Assembly: GCA_029953675.1 (NCBI GenBank) | Contig: JAMWBK010000006.1 | Coordinates: 62,001 to 126,000, forward strand | DNA: 64,000 nt | Direction: 5' to 3' | DNA from: Rhodosorus marinus CCMP1338 | Lineage: Eukaryota; Plantae; Rhodophyta | Shown: positions 10,871 to 24,592 of the stretch, in pieces | Layout of the letters: every line of letters begins with the position of its first letter | How positions within the stretch are numbered: position 1 is the stretch's first letter | Translations under genes and position numbers: made by a program | The notes under the pieces: generated by a model | Databases searched by the model: none | What the model saw: only the letters and a program-made list of their open reading frames with translations | What the model was told of the DNA's origin: nothing

Positions 10871-12648
10871 CTACAAAGCGGCCGGTCCACTCGGAAGCCG
10901 CAAAGCTCTGGCAAGGCCGGCTTGAGAGGTTTTCTCGAGGAAGGTCAGCGCCGGTAGGCCAACGCGGTACAGGAACCTGAGCGGAGCCAACAATAGATGC
11001 GCAAACTCGGGATGCACAACTCTTGTGTAGGTGGATGCCCTCACACCGTTCACGACAATGTCGCCGTCGAGCGTATGTGGCGCGAACACACCGGTCTTCA
11101 TTTCCTTCCTCACTTCTGCTACAGCCATCTTCTCTCCTGTGGAAAGTTCCAGAAGGTCACCCTCCTTCACTTCCTCTGCACTGACAAGGCTGCCGTTCAC
11201 ATAAAGGTAGTGAAGACTTGAAATGCTGATCGACACGCTGTCCCGCCCCTCGATCGTTATAAACTCTGCGCTTCCAGAACTGTCCTTGTGTCCGAAGAAG
11301 AAGACGTCCGAGTACTCGCTAACTCCGACACGGACTGAATCCCCGACTTCTAACTCTCTCATCGTCTTCATGGATCCATCTGCGAGCTCCACCGAAGCGT
11401 CTCCGGGGAAACAAATTGGTTCCTCCGTGGGAGATGGAGTAGCACTCTCAGACTCAGAGATAGACTCAGAGACGCTTCCAGACACAGATGCCGAAATAGA
11501 TTCCGAAATAGATTCCGAAATAGATTCCGAGACCGAAGCAGAAACTGACGCCGAGATCGACGGGTTCAAGGATGGCGCCACAGTAGGTGTCGCTGTCTCA
11601 GTCGCCGTCAGGGTCGCTGTCTCAGCCGCCGTCGGGGTCACTGTCTCCATACCGGTTCCGGTGGGCATCTCAGTCTCAGTCCCAGTCTCCATACCGGTTC
11701 CGGTCGGCATCTCGGTTTCAGTCCCAGTCTCCATACCCGTTGCGGTGGGCATTTCAGACCCGGTCATTGCTGGGGTCGCAGTCCCGCTTGGAGGTACCGC
11801 GGTAGGGCTCGGAGTCTCACCAGTGAATCGCGCATAAGAGCAAAATCCGGCGACTTCGCCATCGGAATCCATGATAACGTAATGGAAGTATCTCAGCCCC
11901 GGCGTGAATTCAAATCCGTTTATGACAGGCATGTCTTCTTGCGCTACACCCGACAATGCAAACGAATGAGTACGTCCAAAGTTCAGTTCGAGCTAACCAC
12001 ACGCGTAACAACAAACCAACGGCAAGAATGGGCACTTACCGCTGAAGACGACACCAATCGGGTTCGAAAGCGGGCTACTTGGCGAATTAGGGGTTGGGTT
12101 TACGGAGCTCTCCAAGCCACTGCTGCATGTAGTTGCCTGATAGAAATACCAAGTCGCCGACTTCGGGAAACCAAGCACAAGCTGAAGAATAGGACCAACG
12201 AGACTGTCCTGGAGGACGAGCTCTACACTGTCGACCAGACCGGGCACTGAGGCAACATTCTGCCGGACAGAAGGGAACTCTGTGAGCCCATCGGTGTAAT
12301 ACGTAAACAAAGCTGGTGACAATTCGGGCGTTGGCTATTCAAGCGACTTACCGCAGAGTCCACGATTACCATGGACGCCTCATCCGCATCTTCTGCAGAA
12401 CAAGACGATCCAAAATTGACGGAAGAGGCGGGATAGAGCTTGTAAGGGAAAGAGAAGTCCAGGTCAGGCATATCCGCGACCTCTCCGTCGATCACCACTT
12501 GAGAGGCACACTCGACACCCTCCGTTGTAACCGTGATCTCCGGTATAGGAGTCCAAGTCGCGACACCACTCACAGTGAGCCCTGCATTCATCTGCCCATA
12601 GGCACCAACAATGCACGCGAACAAAGCGACCACGTAGACGCTCTTCAT
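10871..12648 (-). CDS. Secreted Hint-domain (Hedgehog/Hog-like autoprocessing) protein, 3 exons
   Basis: Signal peptide MKSVYVVALFACIVGAYG. Predicted introns 12260-12351 and 11944-12040 (GTAAGT...AG, frame-consistent). S/T/E-rich linker. Hint domain starts CFPGD at 11413, with SSLH, GVFAPHTLDGDIVVNGVRASTY and an SRR-like tail AHLLLAPLRFLY. Confidence 0.88.
11643..11756 (-). repeat. Coding minisatellite: 42-bp (14-aa) unit, about 3 copies
   Basis: EMPT(A/G)TGMETGTET units start at 11643, 11685 and 11727. A separate 12-bp ISES repeat (x3) lies at 11491-11530. Confidence 0.9.
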
Positions 12649-15600
12649 TGCTAACGTTAAGACGCACACCCTAACGAATTTTATCGTTCGCTTAGTTTCG
12701 TAATTTCCTCACTCTTCCTCCCAAGCCAAACAAGCCCTTCTATTACCCAAACACACATACACACACTCCGAACACTCCTTCCTTCCCCCAGCCCACTTAT
12801 GCGCGGAGGCCGACAAGCCATTTATTGCAAAGCAGGATGTTGAAATCCAATGATGAACGCGCTGAGTTCCCACATTGTTGTTGCGAGCATGCTCAAATTT
12901 TCTCGGGGGGGGGGGGGAGGTTTTTAATCAAAACCAGAATTTTGGAATCGGAAAAAGACGAATTCAACCAAACTACAGCTTCTCGCTTTCCAGAAGAATT
13001 TCCGATGTCCGCGCTCTCCTCAGGGAGGTTTGTCTTAGGGGTATAGGGTAAACGCCAATTTTCCCGCGCCAACCGGGGAGTCCAAAAACAGTCAAGACCG
13101 GTTACGCCTCAAAAAGTGAATGAGTAGCGTCTTTCTATGGACGACACTTTAGGCCATGCTTCAGACAGAGTCCAACATATCTACTATCCGTCCTTACCAG
13201 CCCTAGGAACACATAAAATACCCAAACTAGGGGTTGATTTCATCTCTCTTTTTTTCTCCACTCAACATTGAGGCCTTGGCCAAATGAACGTTAACGGCTG
13301 TTTACCCATTTGGTCAAACGTCAAAATAAAATAGATCCACTAAAGGGTAACCGACTCTAGCTCCTGATCACAGAAGAGCGATAACGATAAGCTAAATTGA
13401 TATAGTTTCCCGACCCCTATTCAAAACACGTGAGGCATTCCCTCCACCCCCCCCAACTTTCTCCTTCTCTTCTTATGTGCTAGCCTGAAGCTCCGATCGT
13501 TGAACCACAAAACGATGAATTCCATTGTTCTTGTAGGTCTTGAATTTAAAGCTGGCCTGACGCCCCAGTCGCTACACGTTTCGATGATTTTCGTTTCGTT
13601 TGAGGATTGACTTTGTTTCTAGCTTGATGATTGGTCAATTATGTCACGAGATCTAAGTATTCGTTTCAAGGGGGGGTTCGTCTCCGCCCGAATCCAAATC
13701 GAGCGAACTGCTACAAGAAGTGGAATTTCTGAGCTCTACTGAGAATATGGTTGACACAGCTTGAGGCCTGTATCTGAGTATGGAAATCGACTTTGTCTTC
13801 CGTCGTTTGTACACCAATTGATTGGTGACGGTAGAGCAACAGAAATCGATTTTCAGTTCTGCTGGTGGTGGATCATCCTTTGTTTCTTACATGGCCAGCA
13901 GTTTTAAACAAGATTCAGGTTCAACACAAAACCCAAATTTCTGGCAGGCTGGGCCTCCTCGTATTATTAGCTAGATCTTCAAATTTGGACCAAACGAGAA
14001 GTATTAGTTTCCTCGAAGAATCTCTGACCAAAGTAGGTGGCCTTTATTTCCTTGATATCCTATTGAGTACAAGATTTAGTATTCTGGAAGGATAAACCTG
14101 CTGGAATTCCAGCTCGAAAGCGCCCAAACTTGACTGAAGCTGGGGGGTCGTCTTCAAAGCTGGAAGCCTCTCCGTAGAGCAACTTAATTGATTGAACTTA
14201 ACGGAATTTCTGCCTTTGGTCCAGAATGTGGACGACTTAATGCGCCGTTCCTTGACCTGTGAATTCGGGGGAGTTCAAAGCAGAGCTGACTATTGATTCA
14301 ATGTGACACCGCCTGAGCGGGAAAGATGTGCGTTGAGATACTGATTATACGGAACCATCCCATCTACGGCAGAGAAAATCTTACCTTACAAGGTTAAGTC
14401 GCCCATGGACACAGTCGATGTCGTTCGCCAAGAGGAAACCTTCCCTCACCCAAGGCACAATCGCAGAATTTCCGCAACGCTACCAATAAAATCAGATGTG
14501 AACTGGTGCAGGGATTCCGAAGGACCTTTCAGAAGTTCCCGGTGAAAGTGAAAGGTTGATGGCTATGTAGTAACTAATGCCGATACCGATTGCAAGTCCG
14601 AGGTAAACAAGTTTCTCCACGACGTGCCTGCCCACGTCATATTATGTTAGCGTTTGTTGACTCCTCATGCTTTCAAACGACGTGGACACTCATGCTAGTC
14701 GAGGTGAACGACCCAATTGTCAATCCTTAAGCAATCTTCGCAATCAATATCTGACTTTCACACCATCGTCGTATGCACTGAAATAGGAATCTACGGCAAA
14801 TTCCCCTTTAAGCCGCTTACCACCGACGCCGAATTTTGGACTGCTTCGTGCGTGTTGATTGGGCGATCGCTTACACCCCAAATTTCTAAGCGAAACACAA
14901 GCGACGCACACAATATTTAAGTAAAAGCAGCGGGTTCAGTTTTCCCGGCGGGGAGTGTTCTCGAGATTGTTGAACGTCTCTTTCACCAGCAGAAAACCAT
15001 GTTCCCACCTGGCAGGGGTGCTAAAAACTGGAAACCGGTGAATTGCTGATAATTCAGCAAATTACCGCAATTGGAGTCTTCTTTCATATGGTAAAGAAGT
15101 TCACTGAGAAAACTCTGGAAAACCGAGCAGCGAGGGAGAGACAGCAGCAAACAAGATTCTACTCTTCAGTTTCGAAGAGCACCCCGTTTGGGAAGTCATA
15201 CACCGTCTGATAAATTAATTTGTGGATAGACTGTTGAATAAGTGTAGAAAGCTAGTTGAGATCTGATTGATATGATTCTAAACGACCTTTACCAGTGTGG
15301 ACTGATAAAACGTCCGATACGTCCAATATCAATCAATGTTAGCTTCGTAATCAATCATCTACGGCTCAAAATATTGAATCATGATTACTTCTGAGTCTCC
15401 AAGGGCTTAGATAAGATTCTGAACACTGCAGTAACCGAACAAAATCTACTGGTTTTTGAGAATATCCGCACAAGCAATCGCGCGTGAAAGTGATTGGAGT
15501 CTTGAAAAACACTTATGTTAGGGGAACCAGGGAATGCACTGAAGAAGAAGATTGAGATTCAATCCATAACCGTTGTTGATTGAGAAATATCGGACATCAA

Positions 15601-16867
15601 ATCGGTCGTTCTCGGACGGTTATCAGACGAATATCACTCGCTCCTTCCAACGCAGGTTTGAGATATTTTATTGGACGCGGGTCAGAGGAAAACGTTATGA
15701 TTATTACGAAATTATAGTTCAAAAAACTTATATCGGACGCGTTAGACAACGCAACCTATTCCCAACCAAAAACTGGAAGATCGCATTCGGTTTATTGGAA
15801 AACTGACAACCCCGGTCAGGGGGGAGTTCCCCTTAGGACAGGGAAAGGAAGGTCACATGTGTGACATCCTGTGTGGGTGTGTGGCGGTGACAGGTGCATT
15901 TACGCCATACTAGTTTCAAGTTGAATTTCGTACTGAACCCATGACAGTTAAAAATGCTGATACAGTTAAATCAATGGGATTCTCGCTATTTGGGCAGGTT
16001 ACGGTAGTAGCCAATGGGATAATCACAATTTGCTGACAAGATATTGTGTGTGGCGGTCGTTGATCGGTCGTCAACCCTGATGGGAACAGGAAAAGTTTCT
16101 TTATATGCAGTCCTTGAACGGAGGTACAGAAATGAAAATCTCCGGTTAGCTGGCACGTCATTTGTATCAGCATCAGCTTCATCGCGGGAGCCTTGTTCTC
16201 TCGAGAATCTGGTATTCGGACAAATTAAAGTGGTTCTTCTTGAGTACGTGGTTGCTGTCTTTTCATCTTGTTAAGGACAATGGCACCGGCATATGAAGGA
16301 GACCAAAGGTCCAGGTGAGAGTCGGCTGTAGCTGCCGCACATTGCAGAACAGGAGCGCGAACTGTGTGGGTATTCATTTGTGTTGTGTCGAAACTTTCTG
16401 CCCAGATTTGGGCCAGTCGCCGGAACTTGCGCTCATAACTTTTTTTGCCCTTCAGTGCTGGTCTGTCGGGAGTTGCTGATTACCCTCCAAGCGAAAAGAT
16501 CTAGCACCAGGCAAAGCGTCTGTTGTGGTTGTTAGCTAGTGGGTAAAATGGATGTTCAGTAGAATTCCCAGATCTGAGCACATCCTCAATTCAAGATAGT
16601 TGCTCAACGCATCAACATTCCTGATACTTGCACAAGCCTTCGCAAATTTTGCCTAAAACATGTGAGAAAAAAGAGTCACCCGTTTCATCGACAGCTGATC
16701 TGGACAGGAAACCGGCGCTCCGACCGAAGCTCCTTGGTGAACGCGGTTTCAAAGCTCACAGTGAGTGAAGTCGAGCCCCTAATTACTGCTGCTGATTGTA
16801 AATGTTTGAAATTTACAGAACAACTTCTCTATTGGTGCGTCTCTGTGGATGCAGGGGTCTCCGGGTG

Positions 16868-17211
16868 GTGTGAAACGTGACTAGATTGGGATCGAAGAAT
16901 GGGAGAGAGAGTAGTTCGATTGCTCGTGATCGGCAGGTGAGTGCAGATGTTCGCGCCTCAGGAGTCCAATGCGGGAGCGAACTGAGACAGAATCTTTCGA
17001 GTTCTTGTGCTGCCAGTTGCGTTGAAGCGGCTGGTGAATGCGGAAGTATTCGGATGGGGTGAAACGTGCGTAGATTGCGAGCGAAGAAATTGGAGATAGA
17101 CTTGTTCGATTGCTGATGATCGCAGGTGAGTGCAGAGGTTTCGCGCCCGGGACTGCAATGCGAGAGCGAATTCGTAAGAAATCTTTCGAGTACTTGTGCT
17201 GCCAGTTGCGC
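16868..17211. repeat. Diverged tandem duplication, period about 189 bp
   Basis: GAAACGTG..TAGATTG, GCAGGTGAGTGCAGA and AATCTTTCGAGT.CTTGTGCTGCCAGTTGCG each occur twice, about 189 bp apart. Confidence 0.8.
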
Positions 17212-17980
17212 AAGGCATGAATGAAGTCTTCAGAAATGTAGACTCTTTGTTCCTAGACATACATGACCATGCAATTAATGGTCCTAGTGATCAATTTGAT
17301 CAGCCATAGAAAACGCCTGTGATGGACACGTTCAAGATGCGAATGCTGACGCTCGCTGATTTAGACGAGCAGCACGCGATGGGACTTGGATCCCCAGCAT
17401 CATTCCAGTGCTGGCCGTAGACCGATACTCGGGATGAGGAGAAAAGAACTCTTCCCGGGTCCGAGAAAACTCCTGCTTCCGCGGAGGTTTTTAGGGAAGT
17501 ATAGGTTACGGTCACGTGCACGGGCAGCAGAAATGTTATTCGCTATCCTCCGTTCAGTGTCTCTCATTCACTACCTTCCAACCCCAGACCTGAATTGACC
17601 ACTTGGTTGTGAAGGCGCTGCTTTGTATACAAACGCGGGCGAGCATGGCGAGATTACTAGACCAAATACATTCTTTCAGGCCGTCCTCTCAGCATGCTCG
17701 TTCCTCGAGTTTCCTCACGGGAGAACGAGCTCCGGCTTCGCCCTTTTGACAGGAGGTTGCGCTTCACCGATATCCGCGCTAAGGGTATTTCACTCGGCCG
17801 ACTAGGAGCAATGTTGAGAGAAGTTTGCAATGATTTACAAGCGAACGAGCTAACGTCATGCTTGCAACCTGCTATTTAAGGTTTATTAGGAACCTAGGCA
17901 AAGAGCGGAGGCAGGTCTAGCTCTACGGAACAGAAACTGCCCTGAGACAAGTGCAGTTTGAACTCTGTGGAGTATGTTCT

Positions 17981-18172
17981 AGACTCGATCCTGAACCCTG
18001 GTGGATTTCGGAATACCCCACTAGTGCACTAGTAGTTGCCTTAACTTGTATGCCACTAGATTGCACTAGCTAGTTCAGACTCGATCCGGAACCCTGGTGG
18101 ATTTCGGAATACCCCACTAGTGAGCTAGTAGTTGCCTTAACTTGTATGCCACTAGATTGCACTAGCTAGTTC
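17981..18172. repeat. 96-bp tandem duplication rich in CTAG
   Basis: Copies at 17981-18076 and 18077-18172 with 3 mismatches. Confidence 0.92.
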
Positions 18173-18266
18173 GGACAAACCAAGTCACCTTAAATGCTTG
18201 TCGCTTCTTGTTAGTGATAAGTCAATTTGTTGTTCAAAGTTGGTTAAGTTAACAAAAAAAAGTAGT

Positions 18267-21200
18267 TCAGGGTACTGATACAGCCCGGTCAAAAGCACGC
18301 TTACTTGGAGACCTTGCAGCATCTTCACGCCTCCTTCGTTTCGACGCTTGCTCGAAGCCAATCTCGGATTCATCGAAGCTGACGTCGCTCATCAACGACT
18401 GAAAACACTCAATTTGAGAATCCACGACCTGCCTCCATTCCTCTGAACCAGGTTCCGCCCTCGCTAGCAGTAAAGGCAGGGAGGGAACGAATTTTTCAGG
18501 GCCCCCTCTGGCCTCCTGGTCTGGACCAGTATCCTTCAGAACATCTGCCTCGCGTTGGACTCTGGTTTTAAGCGCCTGCTTTAGGAGCACTAGGAGACAG
18601 ATTCCAAAACTCTCGTGTGCCAGCTGGGTTGAAGCGAGCAAAAGGTTGAGGACGTCAGCAGCTAGGTTGTTGATCGCACAACTTGTAAATACGAAAAGTT
18701 TCTTACCTTGTCCTTCTCTTCATCCGTCAAGTTCGACTCCAGCATTTGCAGCATCGAGTTGCCCTTGTTCGCAATTTGTTTTGCAATACTTGCCAGAATG
18801 GTGCTGACTTCGTTGCGAAAGTGTTTCGTCCTAGCATCAGCTGTACCGCGATAACCAGCAGACAAGCCTCCGTAGTCAAGCGACGCAAGAATTGCCGCAA
18901 GATACGCTAATTTGCTTTCATGACCTTCGTTTGCCCTGTTGCATGGCAGTTGAAACTCTGTCGTCGATTCCCCCTTGTTGCTTACGAGCTGACCCAGTAT
19001 TCCTACGACGAGCTCCCTCCTCCTCTTTGGTGGAAGCATATCAACGACTGGGGATACAAGCGCGTAGCCACTTCGTTGGTCTATAGCGAGATCGCTCGGA
19101 CTCGTTATATGGCCGGAAGTCAAATAAGCGACTTGGAAGGACCTAACAGTACATGAGATTTGCGCTCACATGTTTAAAGTCCGAACTCCGGGTGTAGCGG
19201 GGTTTGCTGTTCTTACTCTAGTATGCCGCTGAGCACCTGAGAGTAAAGCATTAGTGGATGTCTCTCAGCAATTGATTGCAGTATTCTGTGCGCGTGGTCT
19301 CTGCAGCTTCGCTCCTCGCGATCCGCGTATAGGGCAATCAGGCTCGGCACCGCGACCACGGGAAGAATTAATCTGCGGGACAAAGGGAAACATTAGGTCT
19401 CTCTACAATCTCAGCTTGAGAGCTCTTGAGCGTTCTTACCCCTCCCTGATAGATAGACCAAACACCATCACCGCCTTCAGACGAACTCTTCTGTCAATGC
19501 AGAACACCGTTTTCTGGATATCCCTGTAGAGCTCCTGTACACAGCTGACAAGGTACCCAGCCTCTGCATCTTCTTCAGCTCCGATAGCTCCATTGTCTGA
19601 AGTTGACTGCTCATTCCTCTGCCGCGAAGCCTCGCGTTCTTCGAGTGTAAGCATCTCCTGCCGGGAATAAAATGATACAGGAGAAAAAGTTAACCCTGTT
19701 AGATTGTTGATACCGGTTTTCGTTGTCCAATACTTGAAGCTGGCAGCAGGTCAAGGGGAGCGCCTAACTCCGACGGATTAGCTTTACAAAGCAATATCAC
19801 CTGTAAGTCGCTGAGAACCCGGTACTGGAAATTGGTTTGCGTCCGCACATCCATTCTCATTTGGAGAGCTCGCCTCCAGGTGCCGACGATCCGAGGCAAA
19901 AAGCGTCGATTTCCCATGGCGAAGCTAGCGAGACTCTGTAGAGCAGATTCTCGAATACGAGCGAAGGCGCTGCCGAACTCGCCCCCACGAGCTTCAAACT
20001 CTACGTTGCTCGACCAGTAGTCGAGTCGGAGAAAATGAGTCTCAGCCACTACGGGGCTGAGGTCCAGATACCTGTGAAAGCAGGTCGAGCAAGCTTACGT
20101 TATTCTCTTTCTATCCCGTAATCGCAAGGCGGAGACTACTCCGAAAAAGTAGAAGTACGCACCTGGAGTATAGCCCAAGTCTATGAATTGCCGGTGCGAG
20201 CGAATGCAGACACGACTGCCACATGTTCACCGGGTTTTCTCTCGCCATATCAATAAAACGTCCAAACGTCTCCGCTACCTCAGGCGCAAAAGAATCTCGT
20301 GCGGGAATACTGCGTGAGAGAGTGCAATGGCATTTGATGGCAGCAGCAGCTAGAAGATCGTTCTTTGTTGTCTTCACGATGCACGTCAAGTCTTCTTCCA
20401 ACTCCGCCCAAACGTCTAACGCTTGGTTTTCCATGCTCGGAATGCATGCTTCGAAGATGCTTAGAATGTTTCTTGCATTAGCAGCTTCGAGTCCCTTCCA
20501 GGGTACCTCCTTCAGCGCGGGCAGAAGTACGCGGCAGTGGCTTTTGAGCAGGACTGGATTCACCTGAGCAAAAGACGCGAGTAGCGCAGAACAGGCAAGT
20601 ATATACAGTACAGGATCCTTCAACTGCTCCTTAGAGTTGTCAACATCTGCATACATGCTTTCAGCATCAAGCATTTCACGCAACACACAGAACACAACCT
20701 TTTCAAGAAACACCGTCGACGAATCGCTTAGCGACTCATATTCCCTAAGCAGGCGGTTCAGAAAGCGAGGTTGTGTACTCTTGGCGATGTGCATCGTTGT
20801 TTCAACCAATCTCCTCGCAACGATCGTTGCCATTGGCATATTCACCAGGCCAGGCTGGTTGCCCCGGAAAAGTGCTACGGACAAAGCCTTGCATGCGATC
20901 TCGCCGACCGTCACTTCCTGGTCGTCCAGTCTAAGCACGAGCTTGGAACATGCCTCAGCAATGAAAGATTCGTCTTTCGCCAAGCCCTTCCTGTTCGTTT
21001 GGTAGATGACGTCAGATCTCATAGCCTCTGACCTCGCTATAATTTTCAGGACGTAGTCTCGAAGGTTGATAACTGCACGCTTTCGGACGGTCGTTGAAGT
21101 GTCTGCTAGACGGCTGGAGACCATGTTGTAAACTTGGTCCTCGAAATTCTCGTCCTCGTCATCAAGCTCCATCAAAGCAATCGACACTCTGCAAAGAAGG

Positions 21201-23897
21201 TCCAGGGCCGACTCCCTCACGGAGGCAGAGACGTCCAAGCATTTTTCCTGTTCGAGGAAAACGGGATTCAGGAATCAAACTGATAAAACGCTACTAGACT
21301 AGGTAGACTGACTGCTTGCCTCCACAGCGCTTCTGAAGGTTGACCCTTGGCGAAACTGGCGAGGATCAACCCTTCCTATTTCCGACATCGCCATCAGCCC
21401 CTTCGCCCGCATTCGGGCAGACGGGTCCCGCAAAGATGAAGCGACAACGTCAAGGACTGACGCCAGGCCAGTCTGTGGCAGAAACCCGAATCGAACTTCC
21501 CCGAGCGCGTCGTCCACCACATCCTGTCGAGTCCATGTCACAACCGAGGAGCTTCTCGCTTCGAAACTCGCTTGGGAGAGCTTTCCTGCCGCTGCAAACC
21601 GACAGGCCCATGCGCAGAACGCATCCGCCGCAGCTGGGTCAGCTTTTGATCTATGGAAGAGATCCGTGAGCAGGGTGCTTCGCCTCCCCTCCTCGACGCG
21701 GGGTATACTCGACGACGGTTTGGCCAACTGCAGCCTCCGAATTCTGGTAGCCAGTGCCACTAAAACGTCGATGCAAGCCACACGTACATGAATGTCACCT
21801 GCTAAAGTCCAGGCCATAGTGGAGACCATAAGACAATTGATGGAGTCAGGAACAGCTCCAGCGTGCCTTGAACGAAAGCCACACAAGTTTTCTCGCGGGA
21901 AATAACGGAATAGCGACAAGAATTCGTTTACCTGGAGCCCGCCGCTCATTCGCTGGTGGGCGGAGCAGTCCTATCATTGTTGAGCAAAGACTCTCAAGCA
22001 ACGTTTCAGCTCCAGGCCACTCCGGTTTGCCGTATAGAACCATCACGTCGTCGACAAACACTTGAAAGACGGACCTAAGTTCGTTATCTTTTTCTACGAG
22101 AAATCTCTGAACAAAACCACGGGCGAAGAAGTCCGAGGAGCGGACGGAAGATGCCCGCGCCGCGAACGACTCCTTACACAGCTCCTCCAAATCCATGTGC
22201 GGCGTCGCCTCTAGCAAACTTTCAAAGCTGCAAGCGCTTTGAATCATTTGTACTACCAAAGCTGAGGTTACTCGAATTCCACTTCCATCTGCGAATGTAG
22301 AGGAGAAAACTGGATAGTTGTTAAGATTTCATCAAAGTCAAGGAGACCATGCTGGGAGTGTTCGCGGCTTGAAAACGAAAAAATGCTCACCGTCGCGCAG
22401 CCGCAACTCCCGAGGATTTTCACGAAGGGATACGAAACGCTCCATGGTTTGCCGAACCTCGAAAAGCAACTGATCTCGCAGTTGCGTACGGCAGCGAAAG
22501 ACGGTGCGAATCAATCCCATCGCACTGACCTGAAGAGATACTGCGTTCGCCTTCTTCAAGCAGAGCATTGCGGTCTGAGAAAAGTGAGCTAACGCGGAGT
22601 CCGAGCAGCGATATCCACCCACAAGGATTACTTCCAAACACTCAAAAGCTTTGCTGCAAATTTTAGAGTGGTCCCGAGCACTCGGCAACCCCTTTGCGGG
22701 TCGACGCTGCTCCCAAGATTCCTCATCCGCAAAACCCGGATGACCATCCGCATCATCAAGGCTAGAAGGGTCGTCAAGTTTTAAAACAGCTCCAGACCTT
22801 GAGACCTCTAGCTCAGACCCACTGTATCCAGAACTTGCAAGAGCACAGTTAGCACTGAACGTCAGAAAACTGCGCACTAGCAAAATCACTTCCTCCGTGA
22901 GTAGCTCTTGGCTGTGTTGAACATCCAAGGCCACGATCTCCAGCATCACCAGGAAAGCTTGTATGCCCAAGAACACAGTATTTCCACTCTTTTCCCTAGA
23001 AGCGGCCGGCATGCTCTGAACCGCCAACAGATCTTCAACGTATGGACGAAGCTTGCGCACATACGTCTTGCTACGTTCGAGCGGTAGAGACGTGATCATG
23101 TTCCTATTTCCGTCACGGTAGGCCCGAACCTTGAATAGAAGACTTGCCATGGTTGCGCTCTGCATTTTTGATTTGGTGCAGCTACCGTGGACGCGATTCT
23201 CTTCGGAATCGTTCTCCTCCAGAGCCTCCCCAATGAGCTCGACCAAGTTTTCCATTTCCTCCCGAATCCCTGCCGCGCTGCTATGTGCAACAACCACATC
23301 ACAAGTCTTGTGCACCTTTCGCAGTTCGACGTCGGTCGTCGATGGACACTGTTTCAGGTGGCAATAGGTCTCATCCTCGTCTTCAGCCAGGTCCATTTGC
23401 GGTTCCAGAGTCGTTCCATACGGCTTCAACGACTTTTCAGTTAATTCGGTGCTTCCATACGCAATGGTTTGAACTCCAAGTGCCTGGCAGTTTTGGAGAA
23501 CAGCTCTCAAGAGACTCGGGTCCGCGTCTCTCGGAAACGAGGCTTCGAGCACATCATCTGCTAACGAGTAACCGCTGGTCCGAAGAAATCCAGAAGCCAG
23601 ACACTAGTTTAGCATTCAACTTCGGCGATCTGTCGTTCCACTCCAGTTCTTCCTTCACTCTACTTACGTTTCGCGCTGAGTTTCGCGCAAACTGCGTACA
23701 ATATCAGCCGCGACCTCCTCGTCTTGCATATGTGTCTTAGCTGTTCGCCTACGCGGAAGCTTCTCTGGGATTGCGGGTGAAACCGTCGGGAGTGAAGCAA
23801 GCACGTTGCTCGTCCCTTCAAAAGGCATAACGGAAGAGAGGTTCATCACGACTTCCGTTTCCACGGACCTCTGTGTCGCCAAATTTCCCCCCTTCAT
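18267..23897 (-). CDS. NIPBL: Cohesin loader Scc2/Nipped-B-like (multi-exon)
   Basis: Chain of minus-strand exon ORFs carrying the HEAT-region motifs SLRDPSARMRAKGLMAMSEIGRVDP, DVSASVRESALDLL, RLADTSTTVRKRAV and LAYLAAILASLDY. Exact splice sites are not all resolved. Confidence 0.9.
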
Positions 23898-24592
23898 TTA
23901 CCGCAAAGTGTTTTTACAAGCAAGATTGAGAAGTCCTCATCTCAGAAGCGTACCTCCGTAAACCTGCAACTTTCCACCAAAGCTATCCCCAGACCACACT
24001 TTACAAATGCCTGAACAGCTGTACCCCACACATGCCCGGCTCCTCTCCGCGCCTACCCCCCCCCCCAACCTTCTCCCTGCGCCTCCTGGAGTTGCAACTT
24101 CTTACTTCTTTGTCGCCCGTAGCACGCAATGGCACCATGGCCAGACACCCTCGTTTTCACCACTTGAGTAACATCAGCCTCTTGAGTTTAGCGGCAATTG
24201 CCCCCATCAGTGCCAACCAATGAAATCGAAAGTTAATCATCCCAACATTATACAAGGACAGACAGGAAGGCGGAAATAGTAATAACGATAAAAACAGGCT
24301 CGCCCTCTTAAGACATGAAGCGGACCGTCTTGGGTATTTGCTTCCACTGCTATTTCCTTTTGTAGATTTTGATGTTTCGGGGGGGGTACTACAGTGGGAT
24401 AGAGTGTATTGGATGAAAGAATTCTCCTTGAAAGGATTATCAAAATATATTTGTTTTATAGAAACATGACCAACTTGCAAGGGGTGAGTTACGACGACTT
24501 TTTGGCGCGGGAAAGCTTTACGAATATTGCTTTTTTCCTTCTTTTTTCAAGAGTTGATCCTGGTCAGTCGTCAGCTTCTAGGAGTATTTTGC

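Noticed and set aside
15573-15806. GIY-YIG-like YEIIVQKTYIG motif
   Set aside because: Short ORF, spacing does not fit and there are no supporting Arg/Glu/Asn motifs.
24157-24480. 107-codon minus ORF between TCF25 and NIPBL
   Set aside because: AT-rich, UTR-like composition with no motif; likely the TCF25 3' UTR or NIPBL promoter.
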